From: Bacteroidales bacterium
Lineage (GTDB): Bacteria; Bacteroidota; Bacteroidia; Bacteroidales; UBA932
Reading direction: 5' to 3'
DNA length: 64,000 nt
Assembly: GCA_024401895.1 (NCBI GenBank)
Contig: JAKSKE010000002.1
Coordinates: 373-64,372 of the forward strand
The position numbers and the translations under genes are program-made. Each line of letters starts with the position of its first letter. The first letter of the stretch is position 1. Positions 19,500 through 29,840 of this stretch are shown here, one piece after another. The notes under the pieces were generated by a model, which was not told the origin of the DNA, searched no databases, and was given only the letters and a program-made list of their open reading frames with translations.

Positions 19500-21407
19500 A
19501 TGAAAATTTCATCTTTGAAAGATTTGGAACAAATCAAGGCTGAGGCCCTTCCCAGACTGGAACTCAGGAACGAAAGTTCTCTCCAGGCAGACGGACAGAC
19601 CTGCGGCCTTGAGAAGGGAACCGGAAAGATTCAGGTTCTCACTTGTGGCGGAACAGGATGCAAGGCATCTGACAGTGCAGGAATTGCACAGGCCATGAAA
19701 GACTGTGTCGAGCGCTTCGGCGTAGCGGACAGAGTGGAAATAATAACTACCGGATGCTTCGGATTCTGCGAAAAAGGTCCCATCGTCAAGGTAATGCCGG
19801 ACAACACTTTCTACACGAAGGTTACCGTCAAGGATGCCGAGGAGATTATCAAGGAGCATATCATAGGAGGACGCAAAGTCCAGCGCCTGCTGTACGTTGA
19901 TCCCGAGACCAAAGAAGCCGTAAGCGATTCCAAGCATATGAACTTCTACCGCAAACAGGTCAGAATCGCCCTCAGGAACTGCGGACTCATAGATCCCGAA
20001 AACATCAACGAATACATTGCCAGGGACGGATACAGCGCACTTGCAGACTGTCTGCTTCACAAGACTCCCGCCCAGGTGATAGACACCGTAAAGCAGAGCG
20101 GACTGCGCGGACGCGGAGGTGCAGGCTTCCCTACCGGCAACAAATGGGATTTTGCCAGCAGGAGCATTTCCGACATCAAATACGTAGTGTGCAATGCCGA
20201 CGAGGGTGACCCCGGAGCATTTATGGACCGCTCGATAATGGAGGGTGACCCCAACTCAATAATCGAAGCTATGGCTATCTGCGGATACGCGATTGGGGCA
20301 AAATACGGTCTGGTTTACGTTAGGGCCGAATATCCCCTGGCAATCCACAGGCTCAGCACTGCAATCGGCCAGGCCCGTGAGCTCGGGCTTCTGGGCGAGA
20401 ATATCCTGGGCACCGGCTTCAGCTTCGACATTACCATCCGCTACGGTGCAGGAGCGTTCGTATGCGGCGAGGAGACTGCGCTCATCCATTCTATGGAAGG
20501 CAAGCGCGGCGAGCCTACCCTCAAACCGCCGTTCCCCGCAGTGGAAGGCTACAAGAAATACCCCACCAACGTAAACAACGTGGAAACCTGGGCCAATATT
20601 CCGGTCATCTTCCAGAAAGGACCCGAATGGTTCGCTTCCATAGGCACCGAAAAATCAAAGGGAACCAAGGTATTTGCGCTGGCCGGCAAGATTAACAACG
20701 TGGGACTTATCGAAGTTCCTATGGGAACCACCCTGCGCGAGGTAATCTACGAGATTGGCGGCGGCATCAAGGACGGAAAGAAATTCAAGGCCGTTCAGAC
20801 CGGAGGCCCTTCGGGCGGATGCCTTACCGAAAAGCATCTGGACATTCCCATCGACTACGAAAGTCTGGGAGCTGCCGGCTCAATGATGGGCTCCGGCGGT
20901 ATGATTGTGATGGACGAGGACAACTGTATGGTTCAGGTAGCCCGTTTCTATCTGGGATTCATAGTTGAAGAGTCCTGCGGAAAATGCGTTCCCTGCCGTA
21001 TCGGCAACAAGAGAATGCTCGAGATTCTGGACAAGATTGTGGCCGGAAAGGGCACCGAAGAAGACCTCGACAAACTCGAGGAACTGGCTAACGTAATAAA
21101 GGACACCGCTCTTTGCGGACTCGGCCAGACATCTCCGAACCCCGTACTCTCCACCCTTGCCAATTTCAGGGACGAGTATCTGGAGCACGTGAACGAGAAG
21201 AAATGCCGCGCAAAGCAGTGTATGTCTATGCTGGAGTACACGATTGACGCCCAGAAGTGCATAGGGTGCCACCTGTGTGCAAAGAAATGCCCTGCCGACG
21301 CCATCACAGGCGAGCTCAAGCAGCCTCATACAATAGACCAGAACAAGTGTATCAAATGCGGCACCTGTATGAGCAATTGCCGTCTTAAAGCAATCTCACT
21401 CAAATAG
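19500..21407 (+). CDS. hydB: NADH-binding diaphorase subunit of trimeric [FeFe]-hydrogenase (NuoF-like HydB)
   Basis: N-terminal thioredoxin-like [2Fe-2S] domain, GLRGRGGAGF, ADEGDPGAFMD, GGPSG, SCGKCVPCR and C-terminal 2x[4Fe-4S]. Confidence 0.93.
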   Translation: MKISSLKDLEQIKAEALPRLELRNESSLQADGQTCGLEKGTGKIQVLTCGGTGCKASDSAGIAQAMKDCVERFGVADRVEIITTGCFGFCEKGPIVKVMPDNTFYTKVTVKDAEEIIKEHIIGGRKVQRLLYVDPETKEAVSDSKHMNFYRKQVRIALRNCGLIDPENINEYIARDGYSALADCLLHKTPAQVIDTVKQSGLRGRGGAGFPTGNKWDFASRSISDIKYVVCNADEGDPGAFMDRSIMEGDPNSIIEAMAICGYAIGAKYGLVYVRAEYPLAIHRLSTAIGQARELGLLGENILGTGFSFDITIRYGAGAFVCGEETALIHSMEGKRGEPTLKPPFPAVEGYKKYPTNVNNVETWANIPVIFQKGPEWFASIGTEKSKGTKVFALAGKINNVGLIEVPMGTTLREVIYEIGGGIKDGKKFKAVQTGGPSGGCLTEKHLDIPIDYESLGAAGSMMGSGGMIVMDEDNCMVQVARFYLGFIVEESCGKCVPCRIGNKRMLEILDKIVAGKGTEEDLDKLEELANVIKDTALCGLGQTSPNPVLSTLANFRDEYLEHVNEKKCRAKQCMSMLEYTIDAQKCIGCHLCAKKCPADAITGELKQPHTIDQNKCIKCGTCMSNCRLKAISLK

Positions 21408-21414
21408 AACAGTT

Positions 21415-23178
21415 ATGGAACAGAAACTCATAAACCTTACCATAGACAACCGCCCCGTCCAGGTAGAGAACGGGACAACCATACTCGATGCCGCAAAAGC
21501 CAGCGGAATCGACATCCCCGCCCTGTGCCACATAAACCTCAAGGGCACCTGCGTGAACAATCATCCTGCATCTTGCCGTATGTGCGTAGTGGAAGTTGCC
21601 GGCAGAAGGAATCTGGCTCCGGCCTGCGCCACCGCCTGCACCGAAGGAATGGAAGTTCACACAAATACCATCCGCGTTCTGAACGCCCGCAGGACAGTGC
21701 TCGAGCTTATTCTCTCGAATCACCCGCACGACTGTCTCATTTGTCCTAAATCAGGTAACTGCGAACTCCAGAACCTCACCCGCAAGCTCAAGATTCACGA
21801 GTCTCCTTTCGAAGGCGGAGAGAAATCCTGCCACGAGGTTGAGAGCACGGCTTCGATTGTACGCGATATGAACAAGTGCATCCTGTGCCGCCGCTGCGAG
21901 ACTATGTGCAACGACGTTCAGACCGTTGGAGCCATCGGGGCCAGAGGCCGCGGATTCGAGACCACCATCTCCCCCGCCTTCGGCGGCAAGCTCGCCGACA
22001 GCGAATGTACCTACTGCGGCCAGTGCGTTGCAGTCTGCCCCGTAGGAGCCCTCACCGAGAAGGACAATACCGGCAAGCTCATCAAGGACCTGGCCAACCC
22101 CAATAAGGTTGTAATTGTACAGACCGCTCCCGCAGTGCGAGTTGCCATAGGAGAAGAGTTCGGCAACCCTGCCGGAACAATCGTTACCGGAAAACTTGCG
22201 GCGGCCCTCAAGAAACTGGGATTCGACTATGTGTTCGACACCGACTTCGCCGCCGACCTCACCATTATGGAAGAGGGCTCGGAGCTGCTCGGACGCCTGA
22301 ACGCCTACCTTGCAGGAGACAAGAACGTGCATCTGCCCATCCTCACTTCCTGCTGCCCGGCCTGGGTTAACTTCTTCGAGCACCAGTTCCCCGACCTGCT
22401 CAACATTCCTTCTACCGCCCGTTCTCCCCAGCAGATGTTCGGCGCAATAGCCAAGACATACTGGGCCCAGAAGATGGGAATCGACCGGGAGAAGCTTATT
22501 GTAGTATCAATAATGCCCTGTCTTGCAAAGAAATACGAATGCGGACGCGAGGAGTTCAAGGTAAACGGCAACCCCGACGTTGACTACTCTCTTTCAACCA
22601 GGGAACTGGCAGCCCTCATCAAGGAAGCCAACATTGACTTCAATTCTTTGGAAGACGCCGACTTCGATATGCCCCTTGGCGCTTCGACAGGCGCGGCCGA
22701 CATCTTCGGCGCAACCGGCGGTGTAATGGAAGCCGCCCTGCGTACAGCCTACGAGCTGCACACCGGAAAGACTCTGGGCAAACTGGATTTCACAGAGGTC
22801 AGAGGCCTCGAAGGCATCCGCAAGGCCAGCGTAGATTTGGACGGATTCGAACTTAAGGTCGGTATCGCCCACGGGCTTGGAAATGCCCGCAAGCTTCTCG
22901 AAGAAGTCAGAGCCGGAAAGAGCGAGTTCCACGCAATTGAGATTATGGCCTGCCCCGGTGGATGTATCGGTGGCGGCGGACAGCCTCTGCACCACGGCGA
23001 CATTGAGGTAATCAAGGCCCGCAGTCAGGCCCTTTACCGTGAAGATGCCGGCAAGCCAATACGCAAGTCTCACGAAAATCCTTACATCCAGCAGCTGTAT
23101 GAGGAATACCTCGGCAAGCCTCTCTCTGAAAAGGCTCACGCCCTGCTTCACACAAAATACTTTGACAAATCGGAATAA
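21415..23178 (+). CDS. hydA: Group A3 [FeFe]-hydrogenase catalytic subunit
   Basis: H-cluster motifs TSCCPAW, MPCLAKKYE and MACPGGCIGGGGQP; N-terminal [2Fe-2S], His-ligated [4Fe-4S] and 2x[4Fe-4S]. Confidence 0.96.
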   Translation: MEQKLINLTIDNRPVQVENGTTILDAAKASGIDIPALCHINLKGTCVNNHPASCRMCVVEVAGRRNLAPACATACTEGMEVHTNTIRVLNARRTVLELILSNHPHDCLICPKSGNCELQNLTRKLKIHESPFEGGEKSCHEVESTASIVRDMNKCILCRRCETMCNDVQTVGAIGARGRGFETTISPAFGGKLADSECTYCGQCVAVCPVGALTEKDNTGKLIKDLANPNKVVIVQTAPAVRVAIGEEFGNPAGTIVTGKLAAALKKLGFDYVFDTDFAADLTIMEEGSELLGRLNAYLAGDKNVHLPILTSCCPAWVNFFEHQFPDLLNIPSTARSPQQMFGAIAKTYWAQKMGIDREKLIVVSIMPCLAKKYECGREEFKVNGNPDVDYSLSTRELAALIKEANIDFNSLEDADFDMPLGASTGAADIFGATGGVMEAALRTAYELHTGKTLGKLDFTEVRGLEGIRKASVDLDGFELKVGIAHGLGNARKLLEEVRAGKSEFHAIEIMACPGGCIGGGGQPLHHGDIEVIKARSQALYREDAGKPIRKSHENPYIQQLYEEYLGKPLSEKAHALLHTKYFDKSE

Positions 23179-23182
23179 AGCA

Positions 23183-23668
23183 ATGGAAAACAATAAATTA
23201 TCGTGCTCGGCAGTCGCAGCCATCAAAGAAATCTGCGCCAATCATAACAATGACGCCGGCGAACTCATCAACATTCTCCACGAGACACAGAACACTCTGG
23301 GTTACCTGCCCGTAGAAGTTCAGCGGCTGGTTGCAAAGAATCTGGGCATTCCCACAAGCCAGGTTAACGGAGTCGTAAGTTTCTACGCCTTCTTCACCGA
23401 AAAGCCCAAGGGAAAACACCCGGTTTCAATTTGCCTTGGAACTGCCTGCTACGTACGCGGCTCAGACAAAGTTCTGGAAGAGGTCAAGAACGTGCTTGGA
23501 ATCGACGTGGGCCAGACTACTCCCGACGGAATATTCTCCCTGGACTGCCTGCGCTGTGTGGGCGCCTGCGGACTTGCTCCGGTAATGACCATAGACGGAA
23601 AAGTTTACGGCAACGTTGACCCTAAGAACGTAAGGGCTATTCTTGAAAGCGAAGAATTCAAACAATGA
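23183..23668 (+). CDS. hydC: [2Fe-2S] thioredoxin-like subunit (NuoE-like HydC)
   Basis: CLGTAC and CVGAC motifs; start at MENNK. Confidence 0.92.
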   Translation: MENNKLSCSAVAAIKEICANHNNDAGELINILHETQNTLGYLPVEVQRLVAKNLGIPTSQVNGVVSFYAFFTEKPKGKHPVSICLGTACYVRGSDKVLEEVKNVLGIDVGQTTPDGIFSLDCLRCVGACGLAPVMTIDGKVYGNVDPKNVRAILESEEFKQ

Positions 23669-24711
23669 TATCACTCCTGCTCTTTCTTTTTGGCGCTTTA
23701 AGCATCTCCTTCCTGTGCTCGATTCTGGAAGCATCCCTTATGAGCACACCCTTCTCCTTCATAACCCTGAAGGAGGAGGAGGGGCTTAAGGCCGCGTCAC
23801 GGCTAAAGCGTTACAAAATGGATACTTCCCGCCCGCTGGCGGCCATTCTGTCGCTCAACACCATAGCCAACACCATTGGCGCAGCCGGAGTTGGAAGACA
23901 GGCCACACTGCTGTTCGGGGCGGAATGGTTTGGTCTGGTAAGTGCATTGACCACCATTCTCATTCTGGTTTTTTCCGAAATTATTCCAAAGACAATCGGG
24001 GCCACCCATTGGAAATCGCTCATTGGTTTCACAGCTTCCGCCATACACATTCTCATAACGATTCTCCTGCCCATTGTCATTGCAGTGGAATACCTGCAGA
24101 AGCATATTTCGAGCGGCAAGAGCGATGTGAGCGTATCCCGGGAAGAAATAGGTGCAATGGCCGACGTGGCCGAAGAATCGGGAGAACTCGAGGAGGGAGA
24201 GAACGAGATTATCCAGAACCTCATAAACATTGACGAAATTGCAGCAAAGGACGCTATGACCCCGCGCGTAGTGGCGGCTATCGCTCCCGAGACAATGACC
24301 ATAAAGCAGTTCTACAAAGACCGCAGGTTCCTGCATCACAGCAGGATACCCGTATATTCGGGAAATGACGAGTACATTACGGGATATATCCTGCGTATGG
24401 AAGCACTGCAGCTTATGGCAGAAGACAAATTCGACTGCAAACTCTCTGAAATCAAGAGAGAAGTAGCCAGTTTCCCGGAAGAGACCACCATCGACAAAAT
24501 CTGGGACGAAATGCTCAAAAGCAAAGAGCAGATGGCTGTCATTATCAATTCCTACGGTTCTTTCCAGGGCCTCCTTACAATGGAGGACATAATTGAGACC
24601 GTTCTGGGAGACGAAATAGTTGACGAGCGCGATGCCGTAGTGGATATGCAGCAGCTGGCTCTCGACAAATGGCGCCGGCAGCGCAAGTCCGGCAGCATAA
24701 AAAAACATTAA
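23665..24711 (+). CDS. CNNM/DUF21-CBS membrane protein (Mg2+/Co2+ transport family)
   Basis: SFLCSILEA, ILSLNTIANT, FSEIIPKT and a CBS pair (HSRIPVY, TMEDIIE). Confidence 0.87.
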   Translation: MISLLLFLFGALSISFLCSILEASLMSTPFSFITLKEEEGLKAASRLKRYKMDTSRPLAAILSLNTIANTIGAAGVGRQATLLFGAEWFGLVSALTTILILVFSEIIPKTIGATHWKSLIGFTASAIHILITILLPIVIAVEYLQKHISSGKSDVSVSREEIGAMADVAEESGELEEGENEIIQNLINIDEIAAKDAMTPRVVAAIAPETMTIKQFYKDRRFLHHSRIPVYSGNDEYITGYILRMEALQLMAEDKFDCKLSEIKREVASFPEETTIDKIWDEMLKSKEQMAVIINSYGSFQGLLTMEDIIETVLGDEIVDERDAVVDMQQLALDKWRRQRKSGSIKKH

Positions 24712-24720
24712 CCGGTATAT

Positions 24721-25629
24721 ATGAAAGCAGAATTGTTCACACTTACCTCTGGAGTTGACGGTCTCGGGCTGTCGGTCGCCGTCACCAGACCGGAAGGCAC
24801 GCCCAAGGGAATCGTCCAGTTCGTTCACGGAATGATTGAGCACAAGGAGCGCTATTTCCAATTTATGGAATGGCTTTCGGCAAAGGGCTACGCCTGCATA
24901 GCCAGCGACCACCGCGGACACGGAGAATCGGTGCTCTGCCCCGAAGACCTGGGTTACTTTGGGAAGGACGGCTATCTGGCGCTCGTGAGCGACATCAAGA
25001 CCGTAGGCGACTGGGCCAGGCAGGAATTCGGGCCGGTTCCGTTTACTCTGATTGGCCACAGTATGGGATCCCTTGTAGTGAGAAGTTATCTCAAGCGCTA
25101 CGACAACACCATAGACCGTCTCATAGTTTCGGGCTCCCCTTCCGACAATCCCGCAAAAGCCGCAGGCAAGGCCATTGCCAAGCTGCAGCAACTGTTCAAA
25201 GGCGCCCATTACAGGTCAACGCTTCTGCAGAAGATAAGTTTCGCCGGTTATAACGACGCATTCAAGGACGACGGCTACGACAGGGCTTGGGTATGTTCCG
25301 ACAAAGCAATCTTGAAAGCCTACCACGATGACCCTCTGTGCAGTTTTATCTTCACGGTTGACGGGTTCATCAACCTTTTCGACCTTATGGCCGACTGCTA
25401 TTCTCAATCCGGATGGAAAGTATCCCGTACGGCACTGCCCATACGGTTCTTATCCGGAGCTCTCGACCCCTGCCGCACCTCGGACAAAGCCTGGAACGCG
25501 TCCATCGACTTCATCAAGGGACTCGGGTACAGTGACGTGAGCGGCAAGCTCTATCCCGGAATGCGGCACGAGATATTCAACGAGACCGACAGGCTTACCG
25601 TGTGGAACGACATTCTGCAGGAATTATGA
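24721..25629 (+). CDS. Alpha/beta hydrolase, lysophospholipase/monoacylglycerol lipase-like
   Basis: VHGMIEH, DHRGHG, GHSMG nucleophile and RHEIFNE motifs. Confidence 0.85.
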   Translation: MKAELFTLTSGVDGLGLSVAVTRPEGTPKGIVQFVHGMIEHKERYFQFMEWLSAKGYACIASDHRGHGESVLCPEDLGYFGKDGYLALVSDIKTVGDWARQEFGPVPFTLIGHSMGSLVVRSYLKRYDNTIDRLIVSGSPSDNPAKAAGKAIAKLQQLFKGAHYRSTLLQKISFAGYNDAFKDDGYDRAWVCSDKAILKAYHDDPLCSFIFTVDGFINLFDLMADCYSQSGWKVSRTALPIRFLSGALDPCRTSDKAWNASIDFIKGLGYSDVSGKLYPGMRHEIFNETDRLTVWNDILQEL

Positions 25630-27089
25630 AATACATTCTTGCCATAGACCAGGGAACCACCAGTTCCCGCGCCATTCTTTTCGACAGCGAATGCAACGCT
25701 GTCGATTGCGTTCAACAGGAATTTCCCCAGCATTTCCCCGAGCCCGGGCTGGTTGAGCACGACCCCGAAGACATCTGGAACTCGGTGCGGCAGACTGCCG
25801 CGCAGCTTATTGCCCGCAACCCCGGCAAGGAAATTTCGGCCATAGGCATAACCAACCAGCGCGAGACCACAGTGGTCTGGGATGCCGCCACAGGCAAGGC
25901 GGTGCACAACGCCATAGTATGGCAGGACCGCCGCACGGCAGAGTTCTGCACAACGCTCAAACGCAGGGCGTCGGCCATCCGCAGAAAAACCGGCCTTATC
26001 CCCGATGCCTATTTCAGTGGAACAAAAGTGAAATGGATTCTGGATAACGTTCCGGAAGCCGGAGCCAGGGCGGCCGCGGGGACGCTCCGGTTCGGCACGG
26101 TGGATTCCTTCCTTATCTGGCGCCTCACCTCCGGCCGGGTACACGCCACCGACGTCACCAACGCATCCCGCACAATGCTCTTCAACATAAATACAATGAA
26201 ATGGGATGAAGGGCTGCTGAAGATGCTGGAGATACCCGAGAGTATGCTTCCCGAAGTGAAGGAGAACACCGCCATATTCGGATACACCCACGGCGTGGAA
26301 GGGATTCCCGACGGTATTCCCATTTCAGGAGTTGCCGGAGACCAGCAGGCCTCGCTGTTCGGGCAGATGTGCCTGCGCCCGGGCGACGTAAAGAACACCT
26401 ACGGCACGGGCTGTTTCCTGCTTATGAACTGCGGGCAGAAGCCCCTCATTTCACGCAACAAACTGCTTACAACAGTGGCCTGGTCTATAAACGGAAACGT
26501 GAATTATGCCCTGGAAGGCAGCATTTTCGTTGCCGGAAGCGTGGTGCAATGGCTCAGGGACGGACTTGGAATAATCAAATGCTCCTCTGAAGTAGAGGAA
26601 CTTGCCGGCACCGTAGAAGACAGCGGCGGAGTTGTCTTTGTACCTGCCCTCACCGGGCTTGGAGCCCCCTACTGGGCACCCGCGGCCAGAGGCACGATAC
26701 GCGGCATAACCCGGGGTACCACAGCCGCCCATATTGCGCGCGCGGCGCTGGAGGGCATCGCATTCGAGACCTACGACGTTATGCAGGCTATGGCGCGCGA
26801 TGCCGGAATACCGGTGAGCGAGCTGAAAGTTGATGGAGGAGCATCGAGAAACAACCTGCTGATGCAATTCCAGGCCGACATTCTGGGAGTTACCACCGTG
26901 CGTCCCAAAGTAGTGGAAACCACCGCCCTGGGCGCGGCTCTGCTGGCCGGGCTCGGAACCGGAATTTGGAAGGACACCGCTGAGCTGGAAAATCACTGGC
27001 AGCAGGAACGCAGGTTCGTTCCGCAAATGCCGCGGGAGAAGGCGGCAGATTCCATAGCGCGCTGGCACAGGGCCATCGACCTTATATAA
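25626..27089 (+). CDS. glpK: Glycerol kinase
   Basis: [27 protein letters not shown] and KNTYGTGCF motifs. Confidence 0.96.
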   Translation: MKYILAIDQGTTSSRAILFDSECNAVDCVQQEFPQHFPEPGLVEHDPEDIWNSVRQTAAQLIARNPGKEISAIGITNQRETTVVWDAATGKAVHNAIVWQDRRTAEFCTTLKRRASAIRRKTGLIPDAYFSGTKVKWILDNVPEAGARAAAGTLRFGTVDSFLIWRLTSGRVHATDVTNASRTMLFNINTMKWDEGLLKMLEIPESMLPEVKENTAIFGYTHGVEGIPDGIPISGVAGDQQASLFGQMCLRPGDVKNTYGTGCFLLMNCGQKPLISRNKLLTTVAWSINGNVNYALEGSIFVAGSVVQWLRDGLGIIKCSSEVEELAGTVEDSGGVVFVPALTGLGAPYWAPAARGTIRGITRGTTAAHIARAALEGIAFETYDVMQAMARDAGIPVSELKVDGGASRNNLLMQFQADILGVTTVRPKVVETTALGAALLAGLGTGIWKDTAELENHWQQERRFVPQMPREKAADSIARWHRAIDLI

Positions 27090-28632
27090 TATCCTGCGCT
27101 GCGGCAACTGCACAGCGGATTCCGTCGATTGCCGAAGAAACAATGCCACCGGAATAGCCGGCACCTTCGCCGCAGGGATATATCCCTTTCATAGAGACAT
27201 ACTCCAGAGTCTGGTCGTCGCGGGGGATTCTCACCGGAGACGAAGTTCTGGATTCTACAGCCAGCAGCAGCGCCGCATTGGTGCAGTAGTTGCGCATCTT
27301 CACCCTTGGGAAGACCTTCCGCAACCTGTCGGCCACAATGGGAGGCAGCAGGCTGTGCAACGGAGCAGAGACCGCTCCAGGAAAATAGCTCGTGGCAGGC
27401 AGGGTCTTGCTCATCTTTCCAAGACAGAAATCCTCCATTCTCTGGGCCGGTGCCATAAGCGGATGGAAGGTTGCCCCAGGGCTCTTTACGGCATCCCGTG
27501 CAATCTGCGCCGCGGCGCTGTATTCAAACATCTCCCGTTCGACCCGCAGCTGGAAATCCATCAGCCTCATAGGACTGTCACCGGGGATGTCCTCGGGTTC
27601 GATCTGCACGACCACTCCGGCATTCGCAAATTTTCCGCTGCGCGCCGAATTGGACATACCGTTGAGCACCACGGTACCCTCCACTGTGGACGAAGGCACC
27701 AGAATTCCTCCGGGGCACATACAGAAGGAGAACACTCCCCTGCCGTCCTGCTGCTCTACAAAAGAATATTCGGCGGTGGGCATACCGTTCTGCCATTTTC
27801 CGTGGTACTGGCACCAGTTTATCTTCTCCTGGGGATGCTCCACCCTCACGCCCATAGCAAAGCCCTTGGCCTCCAGGGCACCGCCCTTGCCAGCCAGCAT
27901 TTCATATATGTCGCGCGCCGAATGCCCGGTGGCCAGAATCACCTTCGAAGCAGTGTAGCGGGCACCGTCAGCCGTTTTAACGCACCATTCTCCGTTGTCT
28001 GCCCGGTCGATGGAAACCACCCGCGATTCAAAATGGTACTCACCTCCGTGTGCGGTCACACAAGTCCTTATATTCTCCACTATCCCCGGCAGTTTGTCCG
28101 ACCCTATGTGCGGATGCGAATCTATGAGGATAGCAGGACTTGCGCCGAACTTCACCAGTTGATGCAGCACCTCCCGGTTATCTCCGCGCTTGGAAGAGCG
28201 GGTATAGAGCTTTCCGTCCGAAAAAGCGCCGGCCCCGCCTTCGCCGTAGCAATAGTTGGAGTCGGGGTTCACGGTCCCCTCCCTGCTGAGCCGGGCCATA
28301 TCGGCCTTGCGGGAATGTACGTCCTTTCCGCGCTCCAGCACTACGGGTTTCAGTCCCAGGGTCAGAAGCTTGAGCGCGGCGAACATCCCGGCCGGGCCTG
28401 CCCCAACCACAATCACCTTCGGAGCATCGTGCACGTCCCTGTATTCTTCGGGCCGGAACTCCTCAATGGGCTCGTCCGGTCCATAAGCTTCGTACCTGTA
28501 TCTCCATACGGGTTCTTTGCGGGAATCAATGGAACGCTTGCGCAACACCCATCTCATTCCGCCGGCCCTGGCGGCTATTTCCTTTTCCTTCGGCTCCCGG
28601 TTCAAGGGGCAAACTATCTCAAATTCTTTCAT
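27082..28632 (-). CDS. FAD-dependent oxidoreductase (uncharacterised family)
   Basis: [26 protein letters not shown] and [17 protein letters not shown] motifs. Confidence 0.85.
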   Translation of the reverse strand: MKEFEIVCPLNREPKEKEIAARAGGMRWVLRKRSIDSRKEPVWRYRYEAYGPDEPIEEFRPEEYRDVHDAPKVIVVGAGPAGMFAALKLLTLGLKPVVLERGKDVHSRKADMARLSREGTVNPDSNYCYGEGGAGAFSDGKLYTRSSKRGDNREVLHQLVKFGASPAILIDSHPHIGSDKLPGIVENIRTCVTAHGGEYHFESRVVSIDRADNGEWCVKTADGARYTASKVILATGHSARDIYEMLAGKGGALEAKGFAMGVRVEHPQEKINWCQYHGKWQNGMPTAEYSFVEQQDGRGVFSFCMCPGGILVPSSTVEGTVVLNGMSNSARSGKFANAGVVVQIEPEDIPGDSPMRLMDFQLRVEREMFEYSAAAQIARDAVKSPGATFHPLMAPAQRMEDFCLGKMSKTLPATSYFPGAVSAPLHSLLPPIVADRLRKVFPRVKMRNYCTNAALLLAVESRTSSPVRIPRDDQTLEYVSMKGIYPCGEGAGYSGGIVSSAIDGIRCAVAAAQDII

Positions 28633-29840
28633 TATTCGCTAATGACCCCACTGCCCAGGACCTCCGGGGCAAGGGAATCGCCATTGTCATACCAAACTGC
28701 AAACTGACCCGGAGTAATGCTCCGCTGGGGCTCGTCGAAGAGAATGTACATTCCGTCTTCTTTCATAAACAGCGTCGCCTTCTGCAAAGGCTGCCGATAG
28801 CGTATCCTTACTCTCACGCACAGACTCTGCCCCGGAGCCAGGGCCAGATCGGTCCTTATCCAGTGTATTTCTTCCGGAAGAATTCTCAGGGCCTTGCGCA
28901 TAAGTCCGGGATGAGACTCGCCCTCGCCAAGATAAATGACATTGGACCCAATGTCGGTGGCTATCACAAACAGCGGCTCCTTGTGTCCGCCTATTCCAAG
29001 GCCCTTGCGCTGTCCTATAGTATAGTACTGGGCTCCTATGTGCCGGCCTATGACCCTCCCGTCCGAAGGCGAGTATTTCAAGGCCTTCGACATTTGCTCC
29101 AAGGTGAGCGGGGCTTCCCTGTTCTCATAATATGAACGGTCTATCTCAACCACATCGCCCTCCACCGATTTGAGCTTCTGCTGGAGGAATACGGGCAGAT
29201 TCACCTTTCCCACAAAGCAGATGCCCTGGGAATCCTTTTTTTCTGCGCTGGGCAAATCGGCCTCAGCCGCCATCTCCCTCACGGCCGGCTTATCCATCTC
29301 CCCTATGGGAAAAAGGGCGGCAGACAGCTGGGACTGGCTAAGCTGGCAGAGGAAATAGGCCTGGCACTTATTGAGGTCGGTGCCTTCCATCAGACTCCAA
29401 AGGGGCTGCCCGTCCTGTCCGCAAACCTGTTTTCCGTCACTGCCAATAACCGGCAGTTTGCGACAGTAATGACCGGTAGCAACCATATCGGCCCCTAACC
29501 TTCGGGCCGCTGCCAGAAAGGCGTCAAACTTAATCTGAGAATTGCAGAGGACGTCGGGATTTGGGGTGCGTCCCTTGGAATACTCGTCGAACATATAGTC
29601 GGCCACACGGGCCATATAATCCTTGCTCAAATCTACGAAATAGAAGGGAATGCCAATCTTGCGGGCCACCATTTCGGCAACGAATTTCTCCTCTTCCCAC
29701 TCGCACTCCCCGTGCAGGGTTCCCTCTATGTCGTGCCAGTTCTGCATATACATAGCAAACACATCGTAACCCTGCCGCTTGAGCAGCAGAGCCGCAACGC
29801 TGGAGTCAACTCCTCCAGAAAGGCCTACACAAACTTTCAT
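28632..29840 (-). CDS. mnmA: tRNA 2-thiouridine(34) synthase
   Basis: SGGVDSS, TPNPDVLCN, ATGHY, DSQGICFVG and TIGQRKG motifs. Confidence 0.95.
   Translation of the reverse strand: MKVCVGLSGGVDSSVAALLLKRQGYDVFAMYMQNWHDIEGTLHGECEWEEEKFVAEMVARKIGIPFYFVDLSKDYMARVADYMFDEYSKGRTPNPDVLCNSQIKFDAFLAAARRLGADMVATGHYCRKLPVIGSDGKQVCGQDGQPLWSLMEGTDLNKCQAYFLCQLSQSQLSAALFPIGEMDKPAVREMAAEADLPSAEKKDSQGICFVGKVNLPVFLQQKLKSVEGDVVEIDRSYYENREAPLTLEQMSKALKYSPSDGRVIGRHIGAQYYTIGQRKGLGIGGHKEPLFVIATDIGSNVIYLGEGESHPGLMRKALRILPEEIHWIRTDLALAPGQSLCVRVRIRYRQPLQKATLFMKEDGMYILFDEPQRSITPGQFAVWYDNGDSLAPEVLGSGVISE

Noticed and set aside
19500-23668. Complex I nuoE/nuoF/nuoG genes
   Set aside because: The middle gene has intact H-cluster motifs, maturases are adjacent and no membrane Nuo subunits are present.
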